A stretch of DNA of 64,000 nt from an uncultured archaeon (GCA_964407715.1 CAYOWP010000001.1:32001-96000), one strand, 5' to 3'. Numbered from the stretch's first letter, positions 51,740 to 61,860 are shown. The notes: a model not told the origin generated them from the letters alone. Program-made: numbers and translations.

Positions 51740-52306
51740 ATGGATGGAAATTATAAAAAGAAAATATCTCGTAGGGAGTTTTTAGAGAGGTCTTTGATTT
51801 TAGGGGGAGCATCCTGTGTTGCATTGAGTGGACTTTATAATATTGCCAAACAATTTTTTCCTTCACTATCACATATTTATTATGAAAATCAATTCAACAA
51901 TATCATCAAAAAGAGTGAAAGAAAATATAATTATGTCCGTTTATCTAACATTAAAAGTGCTAAAGAAATGTTAAATAGGATCTATATGGAAAAGAATATG
52001 ATACTAACCATCTATGCAAATGCCAAAGATGTTAAAGAGAAAGGGATAATAGAGAATGTTTATAGATGTATAGTAAAAGAAGTATACAAGCAAAATCCCA
52101 AATTAGTAATAGATTATGCAAAACAAATGCTAAATAAAGATCCTTTTAAAAACCATGATATTTCTTTATATTTTGTGATTAAACCCAACAAGTCATCAAA
52201 TCTTATAATGTATGATTCTTATAAAAATAAGGGAGTTATCATAAATGCTGCGAATCTCTCTAAAACCACTTATATTATTTCCTATTCTGTTTTTTCATTA
52301 AGATAG
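51740..52306 (+). CDS. hypothetical protein with twin-arginine-like signal
   Basis: ISRREFL followed by a hydrophobic stretch. Confidence 0.65.
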   Translation: MDGNYKKKISRREFLERSLILGGASCVALSGLYNIAKQFFPSLSHIYYENQFNNIIKKSERKYNYVRLSNIKSAKEMLNRIYMEKNMILTIYANAKDVKEKGIIENVYRCIVKEVYKQNPKLVIDYAKQMLNKDPFKNHDISLYFVIKPNKSSNLIMYDSYKNKGVIINAANLSKTTYIISYSVFSLR

Positions 52307-52329
52307 TTGCCGGTTGTTACAAAAACCTT

Positions 52330-53571
52330 TTACAGTTTATACCTCAAAATAGCCCCAATACCTGAGAACATACAAAATTGTTTTCCTTCTGGAGATTCAT
52401 CACTTATTACATAAACCTCTGTTCCATAGAGATTTGCTTGCTCTTTAATCAATTTGAGATAATGCTCCTTCTCATAACTAACTTCATCACTTCCACAAAA
52501 TGGACATCTCAAAGAGATGCTCTCCCCTTTTCTTATTATCCTATAGAACTCTCCACCACAAGCATTGCACTTTGCTTTTATGCCTTCAAAATCCGCATTT
52601 CCTGAAATAAGAAGCTTCCCCACAGCTCCTTGTTCCAATGCTTCCATTACATCATCAAACCCATACCTTACCAATGCCTCATTTTTGTTAAGCATAGAAA
52701 AAAATTCATTAACAACCTTTTTTTCTTTAAGATACTCACTTTCCCTAATAAGTTCCTCCCCTCTTTCAATAGCCTCTTTCAAGCCAGGTTCACCAGCATA
52801 GCCAGTATCAACAAGCCCTAAAACCTTTCTCTTAAGATTCTCAGGAAGATAGTTTCCATCATAAAACTCTTGTTTAAGAGGACCTGGCCCGCCAATAATA
52901 ATGCCTTTTAGATTCTCTACACCTTCAAAAATTGATTTTGCAGTTTCTCCAAGTTCTTTAAGATAAGCATTTAATAACCCCTCTCTTACACGCATAAACC
53001 TTTGAGCACTTTGTCCTCCTTTTGCTGTTTTACCTGGCACTAAACTTTCGATTCTCTTAATCATCTCTATCCTTTTGCCTTTAAGAAAACCTATTGCAGC
53101 TTCTTGTCTATCCAACGAGATAATCCCATAAACATCCTTGCTTTCTAAAAGAGATTCCAAGATATCAGTTACAAATACCTGGTCACATCTATATAGCTTC
53201 ACATTTATGGGATCTGGAGGTTCAATCTTCCAAATTCTAATATCCTGTGATCCTTCTTTTTCTGATACATTTCCTGCAAAGATTACCATGCCATTTTTTG
53301 GGGTTTGATTAAAATACTTTAATGCGTTTGCTATCTTAGATAGCGCACTTATCACATTGTTTCTTGTGGTCTTTGATTTGATATTTTGCGCAGTACTTAT
53401 CTCCTTAGATACCATATCTTTAATCTCATTAATATTATATCCTGCAGGTATGTAAATACTAACTAGCTCAGTATGTCTACCCCTAATTGATTTCAAAAAA
53501 TCAAGAAGATATCTTAACTCATCCTTGTCTGGTCTCAATATGCTTTCTTCATATATGTTAAATAATATCAC
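52330..53571 (-). CDS. prf1: peptide chain release factor aRF1
   Basis: GRHTELVS.YIP, NIKS, YRCD, GGQS, GIGAILRY; CxxC..CxxC insert. Confidence 0.97.
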   Translation of the reverse strand: MILFNIYEESILRPDKDELRYLLDFLKSIRGRHTELVSIYIPAGYNINEIKDMVSKEISTAQNIKSKTTRNNVISALSKIANALKYFNQTPKNGMVIFAGNVSEKEGSQDIRIWKIEPPDPINVKLYRCDQVFVTDILESLLESKDVYGIISLDRQEAAIGFLKGKRIEMIKRIESLVPGKTAKGGQSAQRFMRVREGLLNAYLKELGETAKSIFEGVENLKGIIIGGPGPLKQEFYDGNYLPENLKRKVLGLVDTGYAGEPGLKEAIERGEELIRESEYLKEKKVVNEFFSMLNKNEALVRYGFDDVMEALEQGAVGKLLISGNADFEGIKAKCNACGGEFYRIIRKGESISLRCPFCGSDEVSYEKEHYLKLIKEQANLYGTEVYVISDESPEGKQFCMFSGIGAILRYKL

Positions 53572-53574
53572 CTC

Positions 53575-54033
53575 TTAATAAATCCAATCCTCATCAATTC
53601 TTTTGTATTCTATGATTTCATTTATATTGAAAAATAAATCGATCTCCCTATCTGCAGATTCTTTGCTATCAGATGCATGAATTATATTTTTGCCGATATG
53701 CAATCCATAATCATGTCTTATAGTTCCAGGTAATGCTTCCTCTGGATTTGTTGCACCAACCATTTTTCTCACATTGGATATAGCATTTCTTCCTTCAACT
53801 ACAAACACAACAATGGGCCCAGAAGTAATAAATTCAACCAATTCTTTATAGAAAGGTTTATCTTTATGCTCAATATAATGCTTTTCAGCCAATTTTGGGT
53901 CAACTTTCATCATCTTTAACCCAATAATTTTAAATCCTTTTTTCTCAAATCGTGAGATTATTTCTCCCATAAACCCTCTTTGAATGGCATCTGGTTTCAA
54001 AATAACCAAAGTTCTCTCTATATTTCCAGCCAT
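53575..54033 (-). CDS. ndk: nucleoside diphosphate kinase
   Basis: ERTLVILKPD, GATNP..PGTIR, NIIHASDS. Confidence 0.97.
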   Translation of the reverse strand: MAGNIERTLVILKPDAIQRGFMGEIISRFEKKGFKIIGLKMMKVDPKLAEKHYIEHKDKPFYKELVEFITSGPIVVFVVEGRNAISNVRKMVGATNPEEALPGTIRHDYGLHIGKNIIHASDSKESADREIDLFFNINEIIEYKRIDEDWIY

Positions 54034-54040
54034 GTTTTAC

Positions 54041-54271
54041 TCAACCTCCTTTAATTCTTTTTCTAAGAGGATTTTTGTGTTTGATTGTTTTTAAGTGTAT
54101 TTCCTTTGCTTTCCTATATTTCTTTGTCCATTTTACTTTTGCAGGATTTCTCATATGAAAGTTCGCATAACATTTATGAGAGCAGAAGTAAAATACTTCT
54201 CCATTATTTTTTACAAGCATTATTCCTTTACCCTCTTTCACATTATTACCACAAAATGCACATATAAACAT
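54041..54271 (-). CDS. rpl24e: 50S ribosomal protein L24e
   Basis: CAFCG, FCSHKC, RNPAKVKWT. Confidence 0.95.
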   Translation of the reverse strand: MFICAFCGNNVKEGKGIMLVKNNGEVFYFCSHKCYANFHMRNPAKVKWTKKYRKAKEIHLKTIKHKNPLRKRIKGG

Positions 54272-54287
54272 AAAGCATTACCTCCCT

Positions 54288-54485
54288 TTATTCTATAACT
54301 CCCGCAACTTCCATAGCAACCTCTTTAATCATAACAATATCTCCTACCTTAATTGGTCCCATCACATTTCTTATCACAATCTTATCTTTATACTTTCCCT
54401 CAAGGATCTTGCATCTTACTCTTTTAACTCCTTTAGTACCTGCAATATCCAATATTGCAATTACCTCTGCAGGAACAGCACTCAT
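54288..54485 (-). CDS. rps28e: 30S ribosomal protein S28e
   Basis: VRCKILEG, RNVMGPIKVGD; operon context. Confidence 0.92.
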   Translation of the reverse strand: MSAVPAEVIAILDIAGTKGVKRVRCKILEGKYKDKIVIRNVMGPIKVGDIVMIKEVAMEVAGVIE

Positions 54486-54500
54486 CTATAACACCTCTTT

Positions 54501-54866
54501 TTATTTAGTTAGTTCCTCAAATTTTTTTAGAAGAGCCTCAAATTCTTTTTTTGCTCTTCCAATATCTATTACAGCAACAGATGATGCATTAACATCTATT
54601 CCTGCGGCTTTTCCTAATTGTTCTTTACTCTTTACAGGAATTAAAGGTACATTTTTCTCCTTAGCTAATGCGGGTAAATGCATCACTATTTCAATAGGAT
54701 CAACATCTTCAGCAACCACAACAAGTTTTGCAAAACCTCTCTCCAAGGACTTTGTGGTTTCATTAACACCTCTTTTTATTTTTCCACCTTTTTCTCTTAC
54801 GGTTTCAAGGAAATCATACACCTCCTCGCTAAATTCCTCTGGAAGTTCCTTATCTATAATCTTCAT
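54501..54866 (-). CDS. rpl7ae: 50S ribosomal protein L7Ae
   Basis: RGVNETTKSLERG, AEDVDP, LGKAAG. Confidence 0.97.
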   Translation of the reverse strand: MKIIDKELPEEFSEEVYDFLETVREKGGKIKRGVNETTKSLERGFAKLVVVAEDVDPIEIVMHLPALAKEKNVPLIPVKSKEQLGKAAGIDVNASSVAVIDIGRAKKEFEALLKKFEELTK

Positions 54867-54912
54867 ATTTCATCTCCTCCATTTGCTTTTTCATTGTCAT
54901 TGATCATCAAAA

Positions 54913-54985
54913 CGCCCCGGCCAGGACTCGAACCTGGGACCTCGTGGTTAACAGCCACGCGCTCTACCTACTGAGCTACCGGGGC
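54913..54985 (-). tRNA. tRNA-Asn(GUU)
   Basis: Cloverleaf, anticodon loop CTGTTAA, GGTTCGAGTCC. Confidence 0.95.
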
Positions 54986-55000
54986 TTAGCATTTATTATA

Positions 55001-55074
55001 TGGACCCCGTGGGATTCGAACCCACGGCCTCCCGCTTGCAAGGCGGGCGTTCTACCAGACTGAACTAGGGGCCC
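55001..55074 (-). tRNA. tRNA-Ala(UGC)
   Basis: G3:U70 pair, anticodon loop CTTGCAA, GGTTCGAATCC. Confidence 0.95.
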
Positions 55075-55171
55075 TCAATAAACCTCTAACAAAAATAGAT
55101 AACCATACCTATCATATCAATTTAAATAAAACACATATAATTTTAAAAATATTTCCATATAAAATTTTAGT

Positions 55172-55861
55172 ATGAAAGAAAAAAGCAAAGGAACTCTAAG
55201 TATCCAATTTATCCTTGGTACAACATTTTTTGTATTGGTTGTAATATTTTCGATTATGATTCTTGTAGTATATTCTTTCAAATATTTCTCATATATGTAT
55301 AAAAAAGAGCTTTATTTAGAAGGTTTAAGAATCATAGATAACTTCTATTCTTTAGCATACTTACCCAATAACACATTAAATTCAACCTTCTTTAATATGA
55401 TTCAAAGATGCGAATCTTCTCCTTTTTTTGATCCTACAATAGGGATCAATAGAGAGTATATTCAACTTGTGAATATGATTTCAAAAGAGAAAATTAATTC
55501 TATGAGTATAAAAAGAGAAATTTATCTTGTATTATACGCTCCTTATATGTATAATTTCACATCACATATAGGAAAATTCAATCATACAATTGAAATAAGA
55601 ATAGAAAGAAAAGATTCAGAACATCCTTATGAATATCTCTATTTTGATAACAAGTATTATAGATCAGGGGATCTCATAAATTATAAAAATAAGACATTTA
55701 TCTTGGATTATATTGATAAGGATGGTTATGTTGCATTTTTAAAAACTAACATATCATATATTTGCGGTCCAAAACTTCCAAAAGATAAAGAAATAATATC
55801 CCTTAGTTTATACATAGATAGATATGGATATTTAGAAAAATATATATTTTATATATGGTGA
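55172..55861 (+). CDS. prepilin-like (class III signal) protein
   Basis: KSKG/TLSIQF plus hydrophobic helix. Confidence 0.6.
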   Translation: MKEKSKGTLSIQFILGTTFFVLVVIFSIMILVVYSFKYFSYMYKKELYLEGLRIIDNFYSLAYLPNNTLNSTFFNMIQRCESSPFFDPTIGINREYIQLVNMISKEKINSMSIKREIYLVLYAPYMYNFTSHIGKFNHTIEIRIERKDSEHPYEYLYFDNKYYRSGDLINYKNKTFILDYIDKDGYVAFLKTNISYICGPKLPKDKEIISLSLYIDRYGYLEKYIFYIW

Positions 55862-55867
55862 AATAAA

Positions 55868-57826
55868 ATGAAAAAAAATAAAAAGATAATTAAAGGATTA
55901 ATATATGGATTTGAAGCTATGTTTGCAGGAATACTTATAATGCTTTATCTTACAATGATGATTAAAGATTTTAAGGAATATTCAGGGGAGGAAGAAAAAA
56001 TTCTTTTATATAGAAAATCTATAATGTCTTTTGAAAGATATCTCTCTCAATCAGAAGATTTCAGAAATTTGCTAAATGAAGGTGAGGAAAAAGTGTTGCC
56101 TATATTTAATTATTTTTTATCTCCAATCTCAAGTTACGATGTTTATATTTACAAAAAACCTAAACATAAGCCAATTATTGGTATATATACATATAAGAAT
56201 AGATCAATAAGAACAAACTTCTCAACATTATACTTCTTAAATATAAGTGAATGTAGAAAAAAAGTCTCAATAACTTTACCAAACAATACAGAATGTAAAG
56301 AAGGATATTCGTCAAAAATAGATTTTTCATATTTGTTATTGAAGATAAAAGATAAAAGGACTTTTATATATTTTCTATTTATCGATAAAAATAAAGATGG
56401 AACTTATCAACCACAATATCAAGAGGGTCCCTTTGTTGAAGAAAATATTGTTACTATAGGAAATACTTCCATTTATGTAGATGAATTAACGGAAGATGAT
56501 AATGTATCATTTATGTATGTAATGGATAATAAAGAAAAAGCCTTGTTATATTTTATTCGCAATACTTTTCTTCAAAAAATAGATAATGTATCTTTTATTC
56601 CTAGAATTTCATTTCTTACAGAAGAAGGAAATCTTGATAGGTTTGATGTAGTATTTCTGAATAAATCATTCCAATCCACTGCATTCCCAGATAAATTATA
56701 TTCATATTTTTTAAATGGAGGAAATATTATAATATCAAAAAATAGGAACCTTATTCCTTTCCTTACAAAAGTTGGATTTAAAAATTTATCCTTATATTAC
56801 GTTATAGATAATGAATCTTCAAATGGGGCTTATGGATATATAAATAATAAGATAGAGGAAAACATAAGAAAATATCAGATATTAGGATATTATAATAACA
56901 CTCCAATTAAACTTAATCTCTATCATCCTTCTTCTTCATGTAGTTATAATTCGCTACAACCTTATGATGCATTAAAAATTGCCTCATTAAATTTAACAAA
57001 AAGATATTTTATTGCTGTAAAATGGTATAATAATAGTATAGAAATCTTTGTGGATTATGATGGAGATTGCAATTTTGATGAATCTCCAGATAATCAATCT
57101 TTATCAGTAGGAGATAATTTTAAAATAGAAAAGATTCTTTTTGAAATTTATTCTGTAAATAGCGAACATATCACTTTAAAGATTGTAAATGGATATATAG
57201 GATTGATAAATGTTCCGCTTTATGATCTCATGATATATACTAATAAAGATACTACAGAGAGAAATTATAATGCATTGTTATCTATTAAAAATGTTTACCT
57301 TGCACTTTCTGATAGTTATAAAATAGGAGATAATATTGATATTCCTCTCACTAATGTAAGTACAAATTTATGGAAGGGAGTTTTAAATTTAAATATCAAT
57401 CATACCTATATATTTTATGTTGAAAAAAAAGGAGATGACGAATATTTATACTTTGAAAACAACCCTCTCCTTAAATATAGATCAGGAGATTTTATGAGAA
57501 TAGATACAGAAATCTTTGTAGTAATGTTTAATACTACTTTATCTTCAAATGTTAGATTTGTATTAGCTGAGAGAAATGAGGTGCCTATAGTTACAGATAT
57601 AAGAAATAATATGGGAGGAGATGTAATATATTACTATGCAAATATTAATAAACTCTCTGAAAAAACATTACTTGTTGATCTTTTATTTTTTGTATTAAAT
57701 AATGAAAAAATAGAGATATATAGATCAGATAAAAAAGAGGCGAACACAGGATTAGTATTATATCCTATAAAAATGGGAAAAAATACTAAGAATACATGTT
57801 TAATAGGAATAAGGAGGTATGTATAA
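55868..57826 (+). CDS. large prepilin-like surface protein
   Basis: IKG/LIYGFE plus hydrophobic helix; N/Y-rich with many NxS/T. Confidence 0.6.
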   Translation: MKKNKKIIKGLIYGFEAMFAGILIMLYLTMMIKDFKEYSGEEEKILLYRKSIMSFERYLSQSEDFRNLLNEGEEKVLPIFNYFLSPISSYDVYIYKKPKHKPIIGIYTYKNRSIRTNFSTLYFLNISECRKKVSITLPNNTECKEGYSSKIDFSYLLLKIKDKRTFIYFLFIDKNKDGTYQPQYQEGPFVEENIVTIGNTSIYVDELTEDDNVSFMYVMDNKEKALLYFIRNTFLQKIDNVSFIPRISFLTEEGNLDRFDVVFLNKSFQSTAFPDKLYSYFLNGGNIIISKNRNLIPFLTKVGFKNLSLYYVIDNESSNGAYGYINNKIEENIRKYQILGYYNNTPIKLNLYHPSSSCSYNSLQPYDALKIASLNLTKRYFIAVKWYNNSIEIFVDYDGDCNFDESPDNQSLSVGDNFKIEKILFEIYSVNSEHITLKIVNGYIGLINVPLYDLMIYTNKDTTERNYNALLSIKNVYLALSDSYKIGDNIDIPLTNVSTNLWKGVLNLNINHTYIFYVEKKGDDEYLYFENNPLLKYRSGDFMRIDTEIFVVMFNTTLSSNVRFVLAERNEVPIVTDIRNNMGGDVIYYYANINKLSEKTLLVDLLFFVLNNEKIEIYRSDKKEANTGLVLYPIKMGKNTKNTCLIGIRRYV

Positions 57827-58188
57827 TGAAGAAAAAAAAGAAAGGAGAATTTTTTATGATTTCAAGTTTTATAGTAATATTTTTGATGTATTTGTTTAGT
57901 ATAGCAATTATAAAACAAGAATCTTTATCATATAGAGATTTAGAATATTTGGAAAAGAGCGAGGAAATTCTATTTTATGTTAATAGCACAATGAAGAAAA
58001 TAGATTTGACAGACAAAAATGATACTTATATTTTGTTGCTTAATTTGCAACATGATCTCAAATTAATCTCAAAATTAAACAATATGGAGAAGGTAAAGTT
58101 AGATTATGTATATGATGAAAGTATTGGTAAATGGAATGTTACTTTAAAAATTGATAATAAGTATATTTATATTGAAAAATCATGGTAA
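57826..58188 (+). CDS. prepilin-like (class III signal) protein
   Basis: MKKKKKG/EFFMISS plus hydrophobic helix. Confidence 0.6.
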   Translation: MKKKKKGEFFMISSFIVIFLMYLFSIAIIKQESLSYRDLEYLEKSEEILFYVNSTMKKIDLTDKNDTYILLLNLQHDLKLISKLNNMEKVKLDYVYDESIGKWNVTLKIDNKYIYIEKSW

Positions 58189-58204
58189 AAGGAGGTGCAA
58201 TAAC

Positions 58205-58474
58205 ATGGGAAGAAAAGTATTGATAACATATAAAGTAATGCCAGCAGATGTTGATGTAAATCTTGAGGAATTGAAATCAAAGATAATCGAAAGCATATCT
58301 GATAAATGCGAGATAAAAGACACTAAAGAAGAGCCAATAGCATTTGGATTAAAGGCTTTAAAAATTCTTGTAATGATAGAGGAAAAAGAGGGTCTTGCTG
58401 AGAAAATAGAGAACAGCATTCTTAATATTGACAAGGTTGAATCTGTGGAAGTAGAAAGTCTAACATTAATATGA
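58205..58474 (+). CDS. ef1b: elongation factor 1-beta
   Basis: KVMP, EEPIAFGLKAL, VESVEV. Confidence 0.95.
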   Translation: MGRKVLITYKVMPADVDVNLEELKSKIIESISDKCEIKDTKEEPIAFGLKALKILVMIEEKEGLAEKIENSILNIDKVESVEVESLTLI

Positions 58475-58475
58475 C

Positions 58476-59153
58476 TCAAAATAATCTTTTTTGTTTTATT
58501 TTTCCTTTTATATTATAGATAGTGCTCCACATTGTCCTTGCCTCTTCTGGAAATTTTTTGTTCTCCTTGAAAAAATTTTCCAAGAATGTAATTGTTCTTC
58601 TATCAGAAGGATACCCACTGCCAATATCACCATACTTTTCATATTTTTTTCGTATTGCATCCATTTCCCTCTCGCGATAATACTTTGCAATTATGCTCGC
58701 AGCAGATACAACTTCATATTTACTATCTGCTCCATGCTCCACCACAAAAACCTTTTTTGGAAACTTATCATTAAATGCAACCTTTAATTTATTTGCATTT
58801 GGATAAAAGGCATCTATAAAGATTTTTGATGCCTTAGTTTTTTCAATCAATTTTGAGAATCCTGCATACTCTATCTCATTTAATGTGTTAAACATCATAT
58901 AAGCATTAATTTTGTATGGATCAATAATCTCTACAAATACGTTATTTGCGATTTTCTTTATTTGCTTAAAAAGAAAACTTATGTTATTAAAAGAAAGCTC
59001 TTTGCTATCTCTAACATTGATTTCCCTTAGAAGTTCTATATCTTTTTCGTATATCTCAACCCCTGCAATAATCAACGGCCCAAGAACAGGACCTCTACCT
59101 GCCTCATCTATGCCAAAAATCATATTATTTCTTTTCATATTCTTTATTTTCAT
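58476..59153 (-). CDS. rnhB: ribonuclease HII
   Basis: GIDEAGRGPVLGP, DSK, VSAASIIAK, GSGYPSD. Confidence 0.97.
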   Translation of the reverse strand: MKIKNMKRNNMIFGIDEAGRGPVLGPLIIAGVEIYEKDIELLREINVRDSKELSFNNISFLFKQIKKIANNVFVEIIDPYKINAYMMFNTLNEIEYAGFSKLIEKTKASKIFIDAFYPNANKLKVAFNDKFPKKVFVVEHGADSKYEVVSAASIIAKYYREREMDAIRKKYEKYGDIGSGYPSDRRTITFLENFFKENKKFPEEARTMWSTIYNIKGKIKQKRLF

Positions 59154-59472
59154 TTTTTCTTTTTAAAATATTATATATCCTCCGAATTGGTGAGGAAATA
59201 ATCAGAATCATCTCCCTTATCACCTCATATACATTAACAAAAAGATTTAGGAACTCAAATAAGGCATATATCAAAAACACAAATGCCAAGAGAATCAAAT
59301 AATGAATTATGGAGAGATTTAATGAAAAAACCCTTTCAACAATAAACAAAACGATTAACGCAGAAATAGCAAGAATCATAAGATTTCTAAGAATATTAAA
59401 TAAATAAAACAAAATCAAAATTGCTATTAAAATAAGAAATAGATAAAGAAAATTTATTTCCATAATTCTCAT
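59125..59472 (-). CDS. small membrane protein
   Basis: Three hydrophobic segments. Confidence 0.6.
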   Translation of the reverse strand: MRIMEINFLYLFLILIAILILFYLFNILRNLMILAISALIVLFIVERVFSLNLSIIHYLILLAFVFLIYALFEFLNLFVNVYEVIREMILIISSPIRRIYNILKRKNENKEYEKK

Positions 59473-60176
59473 CCTATTTTGGCTGGAGTTAATAACACAT
59501 CTGTCTTTATTATTCCTTCTCCTTTAAATACAATCTTGTTTCCTTTTAAGGTAAGGGTACCTTTTATCCTCAGAATTTTTACATCTTTATTTGATGTAAC
59601 ATATGAAATTTTATCATTCTTTATTTTTATATTTATATTGCCTTTGAATCCCTTTAACTCTATAACATCTTGAGTTATATGCTCTAATTCCATTTTCTCT
59701 AAATCAGTAATAGAAGAATTGCAAAGTATTTTTCCTTCTTTCTCTATCTCAAAGCTTGCAGAAGGTAAAATAAGCTTTTTTACTTTTCCTTCAAGAATGA
59801 AAGTATTCATTTCAGGATAATAAAGAACATCACCGCTATAATTGATAAGATTTACCTCTTTTTGTACATTTAATTTTCCAGAATCTAAGGAAATGTTTAT
59901 AGGAGCGTCTTTCTTATATATAGCAATATTTATGTTATCGACTTTCATTCTTATATCTCCGTGAAAGCTGCCATTTAATTCTAAGAAAGCATAAATATAC
60001 TCATTATCCTTCTCCTTAAATTTTGTTAAAAAACCAGAAGGAAGAGAATTAACAAATCTTAAATCTGCAATAGAATCAAAATTGATATTTTTTTCATTAA
60101 AAAAGAGATATCCTGAAAGTAAAATGGCTGAGATGCCAAGTATCATAAAAGCTAATGCTCGATGAATTGCAGCCAT
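59469..60176 (-). CDS. membrane-anchored beta-rich hypothetical protein
   Basis: N-terminal TM helix, 235 aa. Confidence 0.65.
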   Translation of the reverse strand: MAAIHRALAFMILGISAILLSGYLFFNEKNINFDSIADLRFVNSLPSGFLTKFKEKDNEYIYAFLELNGSFHGDIRMKVDNINIAIYKKDAPINISLDSGKLNVQKEVNLINYSGDVLYYPEMNTFILEGKVKKLILPSASFEIEKEGKILCNSSITDLEKMELEHITQDVIELKGFKGNINIKIKNDKISYVTSNKDVKILRIKGTLTLKGNKIVFKGEGIIKTDVLLTPAKIG

Positions 60177-60232
60177 AAGAATTATATTATTATAATAAAC
60201 TTTTTAAATTTTTCTATACCGCAAATAATAAT

Positions 60233-60403
60233 ATGGTAAGATTAAACAAGAAATTAAAGAAGTACTTACCACAAACAACAGCAGGATTAGTAAGGTATTA
60301 TGAAGAGGATCGCTCTAAGATTCAAATAGATCCAAAAACACTCATAGCTGTTTCATCTGCCTTAATTGTGATAGGAATTATATATCATCTCTTATTTTTA
60401 TAA
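60233..60403 (+). CDS. secG: preprotein translocase subunit Sec61beta
   Basis: Manual translation LPQTTAGLVRYYEED.SKIQIDP plus TM; below ORF-track cutoff. Confidence 0.9.
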   Translation: MVRLNKKLKKYLPQTTAGLVRYYEEDRSKIQIDPKTLIAVSSALIVIGIIYHLLFL

Positions 60404-60415
60404 GGGAGATTTCCT

Positions 60416-60796
60416 ATGAGAAGATATCCAAAATATAAAAGAAAGGAATATATGGAAAAGCTTTATGAAATAATAAATAAACTTCTTGAATTAAAAGACC
60501 ACATCTTCATAGTAGAAGGTAAGAAAGACATAGAAAGTCTTATGTTCTTAGGAATAAGCAAAAAGCAAATATATGCTGTCTCTAACAAGGAAATAAGCAA
60601 AATACTGTGTGCTGTTCAAGGCAAAAAATTAATTGATTTTTTAGATAACGATAAAGAAGGTATTAATATAAAGGAAAATCTTTTAAGGCATAACATATAT
60701 GTTGACTCAAAATATAAGAATGATCTCTTCAAACTTCTACAAATTACAAAAACTGAAGAGATAAAAAGGAGAATAATGAAACTCAGATTATTCTAG
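60416..60796 (+). CDS. small Toprim-domain protein
   Basis: IVEGKKD..L, FLDNDKEG. Confidence 0.8.
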   Translation: MRRYPKYKRKEYMEKLYEIINKLLELKDHIFIVEGKKDIESLMFLGISKKQIYAVSNKEISKILCAVQGKKLIDFLDNDKEGINIKENLLRHNIYVDSKYKNDLFKLLQITKTEEIKRRIMKLRLF

Positions 60797-61639
60797 CATA
60801 TTCCATATGAGATCAAAAGTCCTAGATGCAAAGTTCTTAACAAAGTGTTGTGATCCTGTCCATATAGAAGATTGAGCCACAGGATGTTTCTGTTTGTCAT
60901 GTGTTAGATGCATCAATGTTTCTTTGTCATCACTTATTGCTAAACGTGTATATGGAAGTTGATCTTTCATTTTATTTGCATCCTTTATTTCTGCAATATC
61001 AGATAAAACTTCATATGCTTTTTTATTTTCTTCTGTGATAGGGGCTATTATTCTTATTTTGATTCCTCTTTCATAAGCATCTCTCAAAATTGGATAATAT
61101 CTTCTATAGATGTCATTTAATCCTGTATCAGATACCATGATATCTATCTTCTTTTTAGCATTCTTAAAAAGATATTCTTCGTGATTATCTATAACAAATT
61201 TTCCTTTTATAGTGCTTACGAGATCTCCTTCTTCCTCTTCTTTCATTTTATTTTTATGCAATTCTTCTAATTGAGAAACAACTTCTGTCTCTTTGAAACT
61301 TTCAATAAGCTTTGCTGTTTTCTGAGCTCTTTCTATGATATTCCTTGCAGCTCTACTCAATGCTTCTTTTGGAGGTACGGCAATATATTTCATAGGTTTA
61401 GAATGCTGAATCATAACAAAACCTTTATCTGCAAGGCTCATAAGAACATCATATACTCTTGCTCTTGGAACTCCTGATAAATCAGCCAATTCTCCTGCTG
61501 TTGATGTCCCACGCAAAAGTAACCATACATATAGTTTTCTTTCATATAAATTTAATCCTATAGTCTTTAGCATTTCCAATGCCTCATGAGGTAATGCTTC
61601 CTTATGTGGCATAATTTCCTTCTCTCTCACATATACCAC
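60788..61639 (-). CDS. TrmB family transcriptional regulator
   Basis: GLNLYE..Y, SGVPRARVYDVL, PLD-like C-terminus. Confidence 0.9.
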   Translation of the reverse strand: MVYVREKEIMPHKEALPHEALEMLKTIGLNLYERKLYVWLLLRGTSTAGELADLSGVPRARVYDVLMSLADKGFVMIQHSKPMKYIAVPPKEALSRAARNIIERAQKTAKLIESFKETEVVSQLEELHKNKMKEEEEGDLVSTIKGKFVIDNHEEYLFKNAKKKIDIMVSDTGLNDIYRRYYPILRDAYERGIKIRIIAPITEENKKAYEVLSDIAEIKDANKMKDQLPYTRLAISDDKETLMHLTHDKQKHPVAQSSIWTGSQHFVKNFASRTFDLIWNMLE

Positions 61640-61729
61640 CCATAACCCTTTAGAATCAGAAATTCTTCACTCAATTAATATTATAATTTGAATAAATTTT
61701 TAAATTTTAAGGTTAAAAAATTTTTGAAA

Positions 61730-61860
61730 GGGATTGTCCAATAATTCTCTATTTGTTAAGCGGAAAAGTAACCTCTTAAAGAAGCGTATTAAAGCAGCAA
61801 ATCTCGTAGAACGTTTTTAAAGCAGCTAACCACTAAAGATAAGGCTGGCATGCCCTAATG
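61730..61860. mobile_element. partial MITE-like element with palindrome core
   Basis: GGGATTGTCCAATAATTCTCTATTTGTTAAGCGGAAA...GCAGCTAACC...GGCATGC. Confidence 0.75.

Noticed and set aside
54160-54176. GTTCGCATAA arm match
   Set aside because: It lies inside rpl24e (codons for CYANF) with no partner arm; probably chance.
54946-54952. GGTTAAC motif in tRNA-Asn
   Set aside because: It is the anticodon arm, with no other similarity to the repeat.
35237-61729. TTTTTGAA adjacent to MITE ends at both 35237 and 61721, suggesting a 26-kb rearrangement
   Set aside because: Low-complexity 8-mer that is common in this AT-rich sequence. The copy at 35105 is part of the SGNH remnant. Not sufficient evidence.
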